64,000 nucleotides of DNA from an uncultured Candidatus Saccharibacteria bacterium. GTDB taxonomy: Bacteria > Patescibacteriota > Saccharimonadia > CAILAD01 > GCA-016700035. This document shows positions 20,201-28,871 of the stretch, piece after piece. Within the stretch, counting starts at the first letter, position 1. The number at the start of each line of letters is the position of its first letter. The stretch covers positions 17,754 through 81,753 of the forward strand of contig CAZOVH010000001.1 of the NCBI GenBank assembly GCA_964583675.1, written 5' to 3'. Both the position numbers and the translations under genes were made by a program. The notes under the pieces were generated by a model that saw only the letters and a program-made list of their open reading frames with translations, had not been told where the DNA came from and ran no database searches.

Positions 20201-22529
20201 AATCTGCCTGACCAACTGCGCAAGTGGATTGCGATATGTCGTAAGCTGATTCATTATTATATTCCGGACCATTATTGTGCCTGAAGCTATACTTACCCGG
20301 ATACACATTCCTTACAATCGCCAGGTTATTTTCCGAAGAATTACCATTTTGTGAAATTTGACCGGTCCTAGCATCAAGAGTATAGCCATATCTTAAAGGT
20401 CCCTGTCCGGAAAGGAACTGAGCTTGAGTAATGCGATTATTTCCACCCTCCGTGGTGCAATAAAATCCAGTATTCGCCGCACCGCCATAATCATAGCCAG
20501 GCTTGGTGGGGATATAGTCTTTACTAGCACAATTACCGTACCCGCCGGCAGGATCTCCGAGATCAGTTCCCGGTGTTACAGTATTCGCAACTCCAACGGT
20601 GTTCATCCTTACCGGTCGAACCTCCACGTCCGTACAAATGTTCCTCTTATAATCATTGTAGTTACATGGATTTAGATCGGTATTCGCAGACGTATTGCCT
20701 CCCTGCATGTCAATCTTACCGCGAACTTGAATTGTGACTGGCGCTGGCTTAAAGAAGAAGGTGACCCAAACTTGCCCACCGGTTGGAATCGCCACTCCGT
20801 TTATACTTGGTGTTGTGCCCTGGTAGTTAACCGTTACGGTATGCTCCGTCTGACCATTACCCTCAAGAATTATCTGACCCTGTGTTTGGTTATTTGGTGC
20901 TGCCGCAGCATCATTTGAGGCACAGCTTGATATCTGAGTGGCGGAGACACAATAGGCATAGCCACGTATCTGCCAGCCTGCTGGAGCTACTGCTCGAACA
21001 CCATAAGTTCCAGACGTGGAGTTGTAGTTTACGGCCCGATTCCAAGCGCCCGCCTGGTTATTGCCCGAAACAGTCTGACCAGCAACATCAATCGTTCCGG
21101 TGCCAAGGTTTGTCGTATCGCTATTTTGATTACTATTAAACGTGCCAGGCCCCTTTTTATCACCCTTCACGATTATTTGGTTTGGCTCGAGCACAAAGAA
21201 CACCGGGCGATACCGCCATGCCGTGAGTGTAGTCACAAACTGAGAAGTAGCACCTCCCTGTCCAGCAGATGTATAGCAAGTATTCCTATCGGTGTTCTGG
21301 CCACACTGTATTGTGCTAACAATTCTCCATCCTGCCGGAATATTCGCAGCAGAAACTGTATAGCCCGCCGCCGCAGGGCCTTTATCATCCGCATATAAGC
21401 CTGCTACATCGGCGCTACCATTTGATGATCTACCTGGCGTTACAGTGGTTGGCCCCGCAGTATAAGACTTCTGAGTGCCGGAAGGCAAATTAAATCGACG
21501 TGTTACCGTAATATCTGGGGCATTATCACACGCGCCAGCCTGATAATCAGACTGATTACAAGGGTTTGAGAGCGTGCCAGTTGCTGGATCTCGCACTAAA
21601 ATACCCGCCTGAATAGTCGAAGGCTTTGGCTCGTAATAGAAATCTAATGATTGCGTCGAACCTACTGGTGTCGTGCCTGCGGGGAAGCCGTAATAGTTCT
21701 GATTGCCAGAAGTACCATTCGACAATCGCCATCCGGTCGCCACCCAATCGGCTGTATCCACGGCCTGAATAATATGCGCTAATGCCTGATTTCTACCCGG
21801 CAAGCTGTATGGCTGGGTCACGCTTGTGTCCCCAATATTGTTGTCGCGAATCGTCGCACCGGAAGGCTGGCCACTCTGCAGGCCATAGCGATCTAACTTA
21901 ACCCCATTCACATTAAAACTAGGCGGATTTTCTTCATACACAAAGAAAACTTGTGTTTCACCGCCGTTATTTGCTTGAGCCGCGACTACGTTACTTGCCG
22001 CCCAGCTGCTTGCCCTCGTGACTGCTCCGCCGTCTATCCATTGCCAATATGCCACCCAATTACCACCATTGCTCGTAAACGTAGAGCCAGGCTTAGGGAT
22101 AGCAGATACTTGTACATGAAAATCTCCGGGCGCTAGACCATTAAGCGGTACACCGCACCAAGCAAAATTTGCAAAGCTAGTTACAAGCATAGTACTGCCA
22201 GGAGGAGCGAGGTATCCATTCCCCCAAGTTTGTGCAAAGCCCCAATCAGCCGGATATACATAAGTATTAGTTGTCGGATTACCTCCTCCCGGAGAAAGGT
22301 GATATCCATTATAGGGTGGTTGTGTAATTGGTACTTTTCCAGGAATCCCCATCGTATCTATCCGAATATCAACATCGCCTAGATTTTGCGTAACTCCTGT
22401 GTACCACGGCTTGAAGGCAACCCCTACGGTAATACGCGCTGGGTTGGCATGAGCGACGGTGGAAAGTGCGAAAAACACCGCTATGAATGTAGTTAACGAA
22501 ATTGATGCGCGTAAAAGTACTTTTCTCAT
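17235..22529 (-). CDS. Giant secreted beta-rich, Cys-rich surface/adhesin-like protein (1764 aa)
   Basis: Sec signal peptide ending VAHA|NP; repeated Ig-like modules; C-terminal domain homologous to the 1333-aa protein. Function inferred. Confidence 0.75.
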   Translation of the reverse strand: MRKVLLRASISLTTFIAVFFALSTVAHANPARITVGVAFKPWYTGVTQNLGDVDIRIDTMGIPGKVPITQPPYNGYHLSPGGGNPTTNTYVYPADWGFAQTWGNGYLAPPGSTMLVTSFANFAWCGVPLNGLAPGDFHVQVSAIPKPGSTFTSNGGNWVAYWQWIDGGAVTRASSWAASNVVAAQANNGGETQVFFVYEENPPSFNVNGVKLDRYGLQSGQPSGATIRDNNIGDTSVTQPYSLPGRNQALAHIIQAVDTADWVATGWRLSNGTSGNQNYYGFPAGTTPVGSTQSLDFYYEPKPSTIQAGILVRDPATGTLSNPCNQSDYQAGACDNAPDITVTRRFNLPSGTQKSYTAGPTTVTPGRSSNGSADVAGLYADDKGPAAAGYTVSAANIPAGWRIVSTIQCGQNTDRNTCYTSAGQGGATSQFVTTLTAWRYRPVFFVLEPNQIIVKGDKKGPGTFNSNQNSDTTNLGTGTIDVAGQTVSGNNQAGAWNRAVNYNSTSGTYGVRAVAPAGWQIRGYAYCVSATQISSCASNDAAAAPNNQTQGQIILEGNGQTEHTVTVNYQGTTPSINGVAIPTGGQVWVTFFFKPAPVTIQVRGKIDMQGGNTSANTDLNPCNYNDYKRNICTDVEVRPVRMNTVGVANTVTPGTDLGDPAGGYGNCASKDYIPTKPGYDYGGAANTGFYCTTEGGNNRITQAQFLSGQGPLRYGYTLDARTGQISQNGNSSENNLAIVRNVYPGKYSFRHNNGPEYNNESAYDISQSTCAVGQADCSSSVAPNADISGCLLNHRRKAEFTAVSQFLWWTIYTPIIGVNNPNAAVDPNGQNYCTIMWSGAPGADSWSAGGSPESWNIGGNTPRECAFIPTGGWAYFPQWNTTTGQYGINAQGNGPCGYRKDSGAAGVNTYSMGVPVGTNFREQTFYYAPKFKLTNEALTCDTYTANLVYMPDPSRPVTTYFRINGNSNLMRTETSTGNDIMEITTQTSGPDAYRVDVNIPKYNGQGGILLKDGDDRQFEMFARFSDSSSGAVDSDLVAGYSSGARDFGNAGGSWKYSPRRVSSPGLMHQCRNDAVCDQQGFENQLDAISVMDADYPQSNEIEVTMQNTGESFWQQGYRDGNNNGAVPGTYHELVVTGGTLVTNNQYDTRAWYIPDVQRQIEGGNEVTPVALNPGASSYTFKIIPTPPKDGGTKFVLGFQMRQAKPASQGGFTQIFGSACQGDFEIKVSYKPWLRVQNGNVTALGEIENQPESARGVYKAENRTNGSPYKGSFESAPAPADAKPAINLHAQFTAAAEKGGSNFCSTNFYMLGFAKGQRTAPQPSDPYGQAEANAPQKSRNCSFDSVNLNIEQAEDSNGDGQKELKNSQMVAAANRAYSEYGQCSDTGTTPDVDDGPQELSPPAKYYRSWAPGSPIDTPSLLWLLRDRPDSNSNLPFGTHNAGPQADRGLYLVNTNAPRPCPTIFKLQTSGSGAITEPNMELGGFIYNAGRSTIVSDDTVYITGNIEARYPTDNSLPYTFQKTGVPDMAGLNKLPNLGIISAKNIVIASNVDRIDASLYAAGKVITCDLYIAEGGLNEDAAKTDKPGTTGSKWIRRGGALSLDSNPLATETEDPNIDEAPSADNVTASGCSNKLRITGSVTGGEGFTFGRNYVDFAGMVERWRVNEGGAFQEFGKFCNLSDVLGIRRVCNLSGERKDFDSPGNRGATNYYWLENRAGWPQNYYTGGPAEDIVGNGLSSFMPPPGFEDITASTNTAKYYNNTARPKF

Positions 22530-23557
22530 ATGCCTTTAGCCTTATACTCTGCATACTTCTTCTCATATTCGCGCAAAACAGCTTCACCTTTGATGAATTT
22601 ATCCACCAGAACAAAATAATGAGCAGCTTCAACAGGTGTTTTTGAAGAATCATGAACAGAAATGTAGTTTCTCGTCTTGATTTCTGAGTAACCAACTTTA
22701 CCAAAGTCATATATAACCTTAAGTATTGTGCTAGTAGTATCGTCCAAAATAACAGATGCCGCCAAAGAGGGCGTTATCAAACTAGAACCATTCGGGTCTT
22801 CATAGGGACTAAGCATCCGATCGGACTGCAATCGTGCCACTACTTGAGCCGGCTGTACAGCATGAGCCTTGAGATCGGCCATATCTTTTTGCGCCTGCTC
22901 CAAAGCTTTGGTCCTATCAGCCTCGTATGCCTGCCGATTACCCCTATTTGGTATAACATAACTGGATGGCCAGGCGATTAGAGAATTGCCATACCAATAA
23001 TAAAATACGTAGGCCTCAAAATAGCCATTTTCCTGGACAAGTTTAAGCTTCCCATCTATGAGCTGACTAATTGCCTTCTCCGCTTTTTCTGGGGTAGCAT
23101 TTGCACCAGCTACAAAATTTAAGGTGTTTTTATCTGCCAGCACATCTACTGAAGGGGCGACACCTACTGCTTGCGCGGCTAAATACTTAGCTCCCACACG
23201 ACTTGCGAGATCGCGTTTTTGTTCATCATTCATATCTTTTGTAAGACTAAGGGCATCAAGCTTTTCTATTATCTGTTTCTGCTGATCATTTCGGTACTGA
23301 TCACGTTCAGTAGCCACAAATTGTCTATACCCAATAAACGTAGCGCCAAAAATAAATACCACTAGCGACACAACCAACACCCAAAAGATGGCCCGCCTCT
23401 TTTGTTTGGCCTGCGCTTCTTTTCTTGCTTCTACTGTTGCTTGTGCTTTCTCAAGAACTCGCGTGGCATCAACACCGCGCGGCACAGGAGACGTAGACTC
23501 AGCAGCTGCTGAGTCATTTTTCCGCTGAGAAAGTGGATCTAATGACTTTGGACTCAT
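22526..23557 (-). CDS. Single-pass membrane protein, probable divergent PrsA/SurA-like foldase
   Basis: Likely starts MSPKSLD at 23557 (ORF track starts at 23569). Basic cytoplasmic tail plus TM; homologous in layout to the N-terminal third of the 1333-aa protein; stop overlaps the start of the 1764-aa gene. Confidence 0.6.
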   Translation of the reverse strand: MSPKSLDPLSQRKNDSAAAESTSPVPRGVDATRVLEKAQATVEARKEAQAKQKRRAIFWVLVVSLVVFIFGATFIGYRQFVATERDQYRNDQQKQIIEKLDALSLTKDMNDEQKRDLASRVGAKYLAAQAVGVAPSVDVLADKNTLNFVAGANATPEKAEKAISQLIDGKLKLVQENGYFEAYVFYYWYGNSLIAWPSSYVIPNRGNRQAYEADRTKALEQAQKDMADLKAHAVQPAQVVARLQSDRMLSPYEDPNGSSLITPSLAASVILDDTTSTILKVIYDFGKVGYSEIKTRNYISVHDSSKTPVEAAHYFVLVDKFIKGEAVLREYEKKYAEYKAKGI

Positions 23558-23583
23558 ATATACAAACAATCAACTCGTTTTAA

Positions 23584-23625
23584 AACGCTTATGTCTATCG
23601 TACCTGAGCCCCCAGGACTCTTCAA
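23584..23625 (-). promoter_or_regulatory. Promoter of the 347/1764-aa operon followed by TAAGCGTT motif
   Basis: Minus strand reads TTGAAG-N17-TACGAT, then AGACA-TAAGCGTT. Confidence 0.55.
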
Positions 23626-23647
23626 GGTATAAGCTGGAGAATATTTT

Positions 23648-26600
23648 CTAGAAACGTGGATCGGCGTTGTCTGTGACGTAGCGAGCCTGTGAAAAGTCAG
23701 GTTTCGTGAGATGCTCAAAGCCAGGAGGTGGAGCGATAAGCATGAGGCCATTAAAGATCACGTCTTCGGCTGGCTTACCATAATACAAACTGCGTCGTGG
23801 ATCGTAGTCAAAATCCGCACTAAACTGAGCTCGGCCTGTTCGGGCCTGGATCGCCGAAAAGTCGACAAAGTTTCTACCAAACATAAATCCGCCTTTTGAA
23901 GCCATCACACCACGCACCGAAAGCTGATTCTTACATCGAGCTGCCTGGGAGTTTTGCTGCACATTACTACCCGATAGCGTTTCACTCTTAAATCCGTTTG
24001 AGGTCAATGGGTTGTCATTACCGGTTGCGCCCGGACTGTATAGCTCTTCACAGGTGCGAATCTTACCACTCGCATACAAAGATGCATCAATTCTCGTAAC
24101 ATCTTTATCGATGATAATATCACCCTTAACCAGGATACCCAGGTTCGGTAATGCGTTGAGGCCAACCAAATCGTCACGATTAAAGGTCGCGTCCTTTGGC
24201 GTGTTTACGACATTAGCATTGAGATAGAGATTTCCGTCAACAATGATGGTCATACGTCCAGTCGGCTGGAAAAGAGCTGGCGTAGAAACAGGGCTAGGAT
24301 TCACGGTAGTTCCGAGTGTAAGATAGCCAGCTCGAGGCACCGTCAGCTTAGTTATTTCTGGACACGCACTCGACATTGCCGGTAAATTCTGACCATTGTA
24401 GTTCCTATCTAGACCTTTCTTATAGCGGGCTGACCCACTCGTTGCAGGACCGGCAGCTGGACAGTCATCAGGAGCCTCATCCCAGGCATCTTCCGCATCT
24501 CTATAGACTACTTCTTCAGTAGGATTCAAGGCACTAAGCGCATCAGCAAGACCAGACCGGAGATTAAATTTATACTGATCAAAGTCACACCCATCTGGGT
24601 AGAATGAAGTGCCATCAGCTTGATCTCTTCCTAAGACATAAGCATTCGTACTACAGAACGGACCGTTACCTGCAACATGCGACATTACAAGATATGTTAC
24701 TTCTAGATTTAGATCATCGCGCTGCCCATCAACCGGAGGAGCAGGCTCTGCATTCGCGTCTCTGCGGCCGCCCAAATTCCCACCAGTAGCACTGAGTGCT
24801 TCTTGACCCTGAATTTTACCTATAGCACTCACATTTCCGTTTTGCGTACGCAACCATGGACCATATGATGAAAGCACCCTAATGGAAGTTCCACAGGTAC
24901 CGCCAAATGCGATTGGTGCGCTTCCGTCGCTCGGTACAAACTCCATAGTAAATACCAAAGGCGTCGAAGCATCAGACGGAGCTTTAATAAGCGTTAGTGT
25001 AGGAGCAAACTCCAAGCTATCCACATTGCCACTCGCAGCCGGAGCTGGGTAAATGTTTCCAGAAACTGCGCTTGAGGTAATCTCCCAGAACTCACGTGAT
25101 TCCGCTGTCAGCCCCAGACGATACGAACCGCTCGGATAAGTTGCCCATATCGCTTGCCCATTATTCTGCATGCCAACCTTTATATTACCCTCGCTATCAC
25201 CCGTGCTCAGTGTTGCGCGGCCATTCGGGAAAATTGTTGCAAGGTTATTACTGACACACTGAGCATTCCTCGGACACACCAAAGTTCCGGTACCGTTGGT
25301 GCCAACCCCGATATCCACACCATCAACAATCAAGCGAATTTGTACCGCGCGCGCCACCCCATCCTTGTATTTTTCAGGAACTGTGAAGTTAAAATTACGT
25401 CCTTGCTTGATGACTTCTCCTGAACTATCGGTTAAATCTTCACCCCCGACACGTGCGTACACTTCGATATCCGCTGCGCCACCGCCCGATATACTTCCAG
25501 AAATCGTAGGACAGATTACATTTAAGCTCACTACCGTTGGTCTTCTACGGAAAATCCAATCAACATCAAGAGTTGCGCCATTACCAACCGAACCACCCAC
25601 GTACGTGTAAGTTGCAGAACGCACAATTGGCCCGTTATTCACTCGATAACCATACACATCGTATCCAGCTTCAGCATCTACAGTGAAGGAATGCCCCTGG
25701 TCTGCGCGCAAGTTTGCAAATGAATATGGTTGCGCGCTACTAGTAAGTCCATTTGGCTGCTCTCGGACTGTATTGTCTCGATAAGCCCCTGTAGTGGCTC
25801 CATCTTCTTCTTGCTTTTCACCCGATACAGTCATCAGTGGTGGGTCAACCTGCGGTGGAGGTGATTTCTTCATCTTTACATTAATCGAGTAGCCCAAAGA
25901 ACCATTGGCGATGCCCTGATAGAGATCTGACGGAATACGATAATGATCGTCATAGGCAGAGGCCCTATCCTGCACTATCCACTGATTCGTAAGAAGCGTA
26001 ACGGTAAATTGACTGGCGTCTCGGTAGTTCACTGGCTGATAGCCAACGACAGTGTTAAAGCGGAATTCCCAACCCGTATAACAGCTCAACGCAAAGACCC
26101 ACGGATTGTTCTGATGATCGTACACATCCCAGCTCGCTCTGCCGCCCCAGTAACCAAAGTTCAATACTCCATATGCACCAACTATCGGAGCTGGCTCATC
26201 GTTACAGGCTGCTTGCACATTGCCCGTACTGAGAATCTGCATTGTAGCCACTGCGGCACCCTTGTCGTCTCGCATTTGTTTAAGCGGGATGAGCTGGCCC
26301 GTGTCATAATCTGTATAGATGATACTCATCGGCAACGTGTGGTTCGTAAAACAATTAACCGCTGCTGCTCGGGCTGAAGGAATAAGAGCCTGTCGAGCGG
26401 AATCGATGAGACCCGTTGCACCGCCGCTGGCTGGGTTATTGATATCTAAATTGTTTTGCTGATCATCAACCTCGGGGAGCGAGTAATATTCGTTGCTATA
26501 CTTAGCCGATTCCAGGTACTGCTGGATGAGCTGGTCAAGAGACTCCGTATCACCCTGCACTCTATTCGTCGCACGGAAGATGGCATAATACCCCACCTTA

Positions 26601-27649
26601 GATTTAAAGACCTTAGTATTCTCACCAACTGCCAGGCGTGAAATATAATCTATATCCCGTTCACCTTCTGGGTATTGTTGGAAAGTTGCATACATTGTCT
26701 CGTTCAGGCGAGGATACTCCGCTGTTCTGACCCATGGCGCTCCGGGGGTTTCCATCTTTTTATCAAATTCTGCATCACTGCTGTACGGGCTAATATCGGC
26801 AGCTCGGTAGATCTCTTCTTTACTTGCACCGCGCTCAAACAGGGGCAAGAAATCTCGTTCCAAGCGAGCCTTAGCCTCTTTCTCATATGTTTCCTTTTCT
26901 TGAGTACTAGCATCAGCCCCAAACTGGTCCCAGCGAATATATACACCAAATGTATCGGTTCCGCTCGTTGCGGTATCAGCAAGAACTTCACGGTAATATT
27001 CCGTACAGACCTTCATAAATGTAACACTTGAATCCCAGCCATACTCTTGCTTTAAGTAGGCGTAAAATGCATCTTTACCGCCCTGTGACTGGTATTGAGG
27101 AGACATGCGCGTATCAACAATCTCCTGAGTGCAGGTAATATTTTTCTTAGCTGCTTCAGCCTTCAATGCCAGATAAGTTAGTAGGTCGCGAGATGCAGTA
27201 GCGGCAATCAAGTTAGCATCTTCTGGAGACGACTGCTTATTATTAAATCCTTGATACGAAGCCTTTACTTTATCAAACTCGTCCAAGCTTGCCGTCTGAT
27301 CACCTACTTCTGCAAAATTGCCAGCGCTTGGCCTTGGCTTACCGATTGAATCGAGCAGTCGGGTACCCTGTAAAAGCCAGATTACCGAAAGACTCGTAAT
27401 GACGAACAAGCCGATAAGGCCAGCAAAAATAGCTACTTTCTTTTTATTTACTGGCTTCTTCGGCTGCTGTGGTTTACCAACACTAGACTCAATCTTCTTT
27501 GGTGGTTCGTAGTTTTTTGGCTTAATCGCTTCACCAGCCTGAGTCGGCGCGCCTTTTGGACGCACAACCTCACCCGCCTTGTGTTCAGCGACTGGCTTCA
27601 CCTGTTTTTTATCTGGCCGAGGGCCAATGCTATCGATCGATTTTGGCAT
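23648..27649 (-). CDS. Fusion protein (1333 aa): membrane anchor + SurA-N/parvulin-like foldase region + adhesin-like region
   Basis: TM at about aa 72-92; SurA-N-like ALKAEAAKKNITCTQEIVD..GGKDAFYAYLKQEYGW; parvulin-like LAVGENTKVFKSKVGYYAIFR; C-terminal about 900 aa homologous to the 1764-aa protein. Confidence 0.7.
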   Translation of the reverse strand: MPKSIDSIGPRPDKKQVKPVAEHKAGEVVRPKGAPTQAGEAIKPKNYEPPKKIESSVGKPQQPKKPVNKKKVAIFAGLIGLFVITSLSVIWLLQGTRLLDSIGKPRPSAGNFAEVGDQTASLDEFDKVKASYQGFNNKQSSPEDANLIAATASRDLLTYLALKAEAAKKNITCTQEIVDTRMSPQYQSQGGKDAFYAYLKQEYGWDSSVTFMKVCTEYYREVLADTATSGTDTFGVYIRWDQFGADASTQEKETYEKEAKARLERDFLPLFERGASKEEIYRAADISPYSSDAEFDKKMETPGAPWVRTAEYPRLNETMYATFQQYPEGERDIDYISRLAVGENTKVFKSKVGYYAIFRATNRVQGDTESLDQLIQQYLESAKYSNEYYSLPEVDDQQNNLDINNPASGGATGLIDSARQALIPSARAAAVNCFTNHTLPMSIIYTDYDTGQLIPLKQMRDDKGAAVATMQILSTGNVQAACNDEPAPIVGAYGVLNFGYWGGRASWDVYDHQNNPWVFALSCYTGWEFRFNTVVGYQPVNYRDASQFTVTLLTNQWIVQDRASAYDDHYRIPSDLYQGIANGSLGYSINVKMKKSPPPQVDPPLMTVSGEKQEEDGATTGAYRDNTVREQPNGLTSSAQPYSFANLRADQGHSFTVDAEAGYDVYGYRVNNGPIVRSATYTYVGGSVGNGATLDVDWIFRRRPTVVSLNVICPTISGSISGGGAADIEVYARVGGEDLTDSSGEVIKQGRNFNFTVPEKYKDGVARAVQIRLIVDGVDIGVGTNGTGTLVCPRNAQCVSNNLATIFPNGRATLSTGDSEGNIKVGMQNNGQAIWATYPSGSYRLGLTAESREFWEITSSAVSGNIYPAPAASGNVDSLEFAPTLTLIKAPSDASTPLVFTMEFVPSDGSAPIAFGGTCGTSIRVLSSYGPWLRTQNGNVSAIGKIQGQEALSATGGNLGGRRDANAEPAPPVDGQRDDLNLEVTYLVMSHVAGNGPFCSTNAYVLGRDQADGTSFYPDGCDFDQYKFNLRSGLADALSALNPTEEVVYRDAEDAWDEAPDDCPAAGPATSGSARYKKGLDRNYNGQNLPAMSSACPEITKLTVPRAGYLTLGTTVNPSPVSTPALFQPTGRMTIIVDGNLYLNANVVNTPKDATFNRDDLVGLNALPNLGILVKGDIIIDKDVTRIDASLYASGKIRTCEELYSPGATGNDNPLTSNGFKSETLSGSNVQQNSQAARCKNQLSVRGVMASKGGFMFGRNFVDFSAIQARTGRAQFSADFDYDPRRSLYYGKPAEDVIFNGLMLIAPPPGFEHLTKPDFSQARYVTDNADPRF

Positions 27650-27684
27650 TGAATAATAATTCCACGCGGTTTTTCAAAAACTTA

Positions 27685-27727
27685 AACGCTTAAGCTCTAT
27701 GCTACCGTTTGTAACACTGGAGCGCAA
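27685..27727 (-). promoter_or_regulatory. Promoter of the 1333-aa fusion gene followed by TAAGCGTT motif
   Basis: Minus strand reads TTGCGC-N17-TAGCAT, then AGAGCT-TAAGCGTT. Confidence 0.55.
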
Positions 27728-27753
27728 GCGTTTTTACCTGATATAATATACAC

Positions 27754-28833
27754 ATGAGTCTTTCTCTCGGCATCGTCGGCCTACCGAACGTTGGTAAGTC
27801 GACACTTTTTAACGCACTCACCAAGTCTGACATCTTGGCGGCTAACTACCCATTTGCTACTATCGAGCCGAATGTCGGCATTGTGCCGCTCCCAGACAAG
27901 CGCCTCGCTGAACTAGCGCGCGTAGCTAACACTGCAAAGATTATCCCAGCACCGGTTACCTTTACTGACATCGCCGGTATTGTAAAAGGCGCCGCCGAAG
28001 GCGCTGGCCTTGGTAATAAATTCCTCGCCCATATTCGCGAATGTGCTGCCATTGTGCAGGTTGTAAGGGCTTTTGAATCTGGCGACATTATTCATGTTGA
28101 TGACACTATTAATCCAGCACGCGATATAGAAACAATTAAAACTGAGCTGATCCTGGCTGATCTCGCCACCATCGACAAAGTACTACCCCGCCTAGAGAAA
28201 GAGGCCAAAACTTCTGCCGATGCACGAACTGCAGTTGCAGACCTTACCAAAGCTCGTACTGCACTCGATGCAGGCACCCTCGCTATAAGCCTCTACTCCG
28301 AGGAAGTTCCGCAAAGTATTCGTGAGCTACAGCTCCTTACCGCCAAGCCGTTTATCTATGTTTTTAACGTAGATGAAGCCGGCCTAGCCGATAAAGACCT
28401 CCATGAAAAACTTCGCTCCAGCGTCGCCTCGCTCCCCGCCCTCGTATTGTGCGCCGAGCTGGAAGCCCAACTCAAAGATATGTCAGATGGCGAAGCTTCA
28501 GAGCTACTCGCCGAATACGGGCAAGTAGAATCTGGACTAGCATCACTGGCTCACCTTGGTTTTTCCACCCTTGGCCTGCAAACCTATTTCACCGCCGGAG
28601 AAAAAGAGGCTCGTGCTTGGGTAATTCCGCAGGGAGCAACCGCGCCCGAAGCTGCAGGTGTAATTCATACCGATTTTGAAAAAGGCTTTATTAAGGCAGA
28701 GATTGTAAGCAGTGAAGACTTTATAGAATGCGGCGGCTGGACTGGGGCTCGCACCGCTGGCAAAGTTCGACTCGAAGGCCGTGATTACATCATGCAAGAC
28801 GGCGATGTTGTGCTGTTTAAGTTCAATGTGTAG
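27754..28833 (+). CDS. ychF: Ribosome-binding ATPase YchF
   Basis: GIVGLPNVGKSTLFNALT, ANYPFATIEPN, GLGNKFL and C-terminal TGS domain. Confidence 0.97.
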   Translation: MSLSLGIVGLPNVGKSTLFNALTKSDILAANYPFATIEPNVGIVPLPDKRLAELARVANTAKIIPAPVTFTDIAGIVKGAAEGAGLGNKFLAHIRECAAIVQVVRAFESGDIIHVDDTINPARDIETIKTELILADLATIDKVLPRLEKEAKTSADARTAVADLTKARTALDAGTLAISLYSEEVPQSIRELQLLTAKPFIYVFNVDEAGLADKDLHEKLRSSVASLPALVLCAELEAQLKDMSDGEASELLAEYGQVESGLASLAHLGFSTLGLQTYFTAGEKEARAWVIPQGATAPEAAGVIHTDFEKGFIKAEIVSSEDFIECGGWTGARTAGKVRLEGRDYIMQDGDVVLFKFNV

Positions 28834-28835
28834 AT

Positions 28836-28862
28836 AAAAAACCACCGACTGTTCGTCGATGG
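28836..28862 (-). terminator. Intrinsic terminator downstream of the HIT gene
   Basis: Minus strand reads CCATCGAC-GAACA-GTCGGTGG-TTTTTT. Confidence 0.7.
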
Positions 28863-28871
28863 CAAGACAAA

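Noticed and set aside
17235-27649. Diversity-generating retroelement or nucleotide-level repeat between the two giant genes
   Set aside because: There is no reverse transcriptase in the window, and the similarity is at protein level without an adenine-specific TR/VR pattern.
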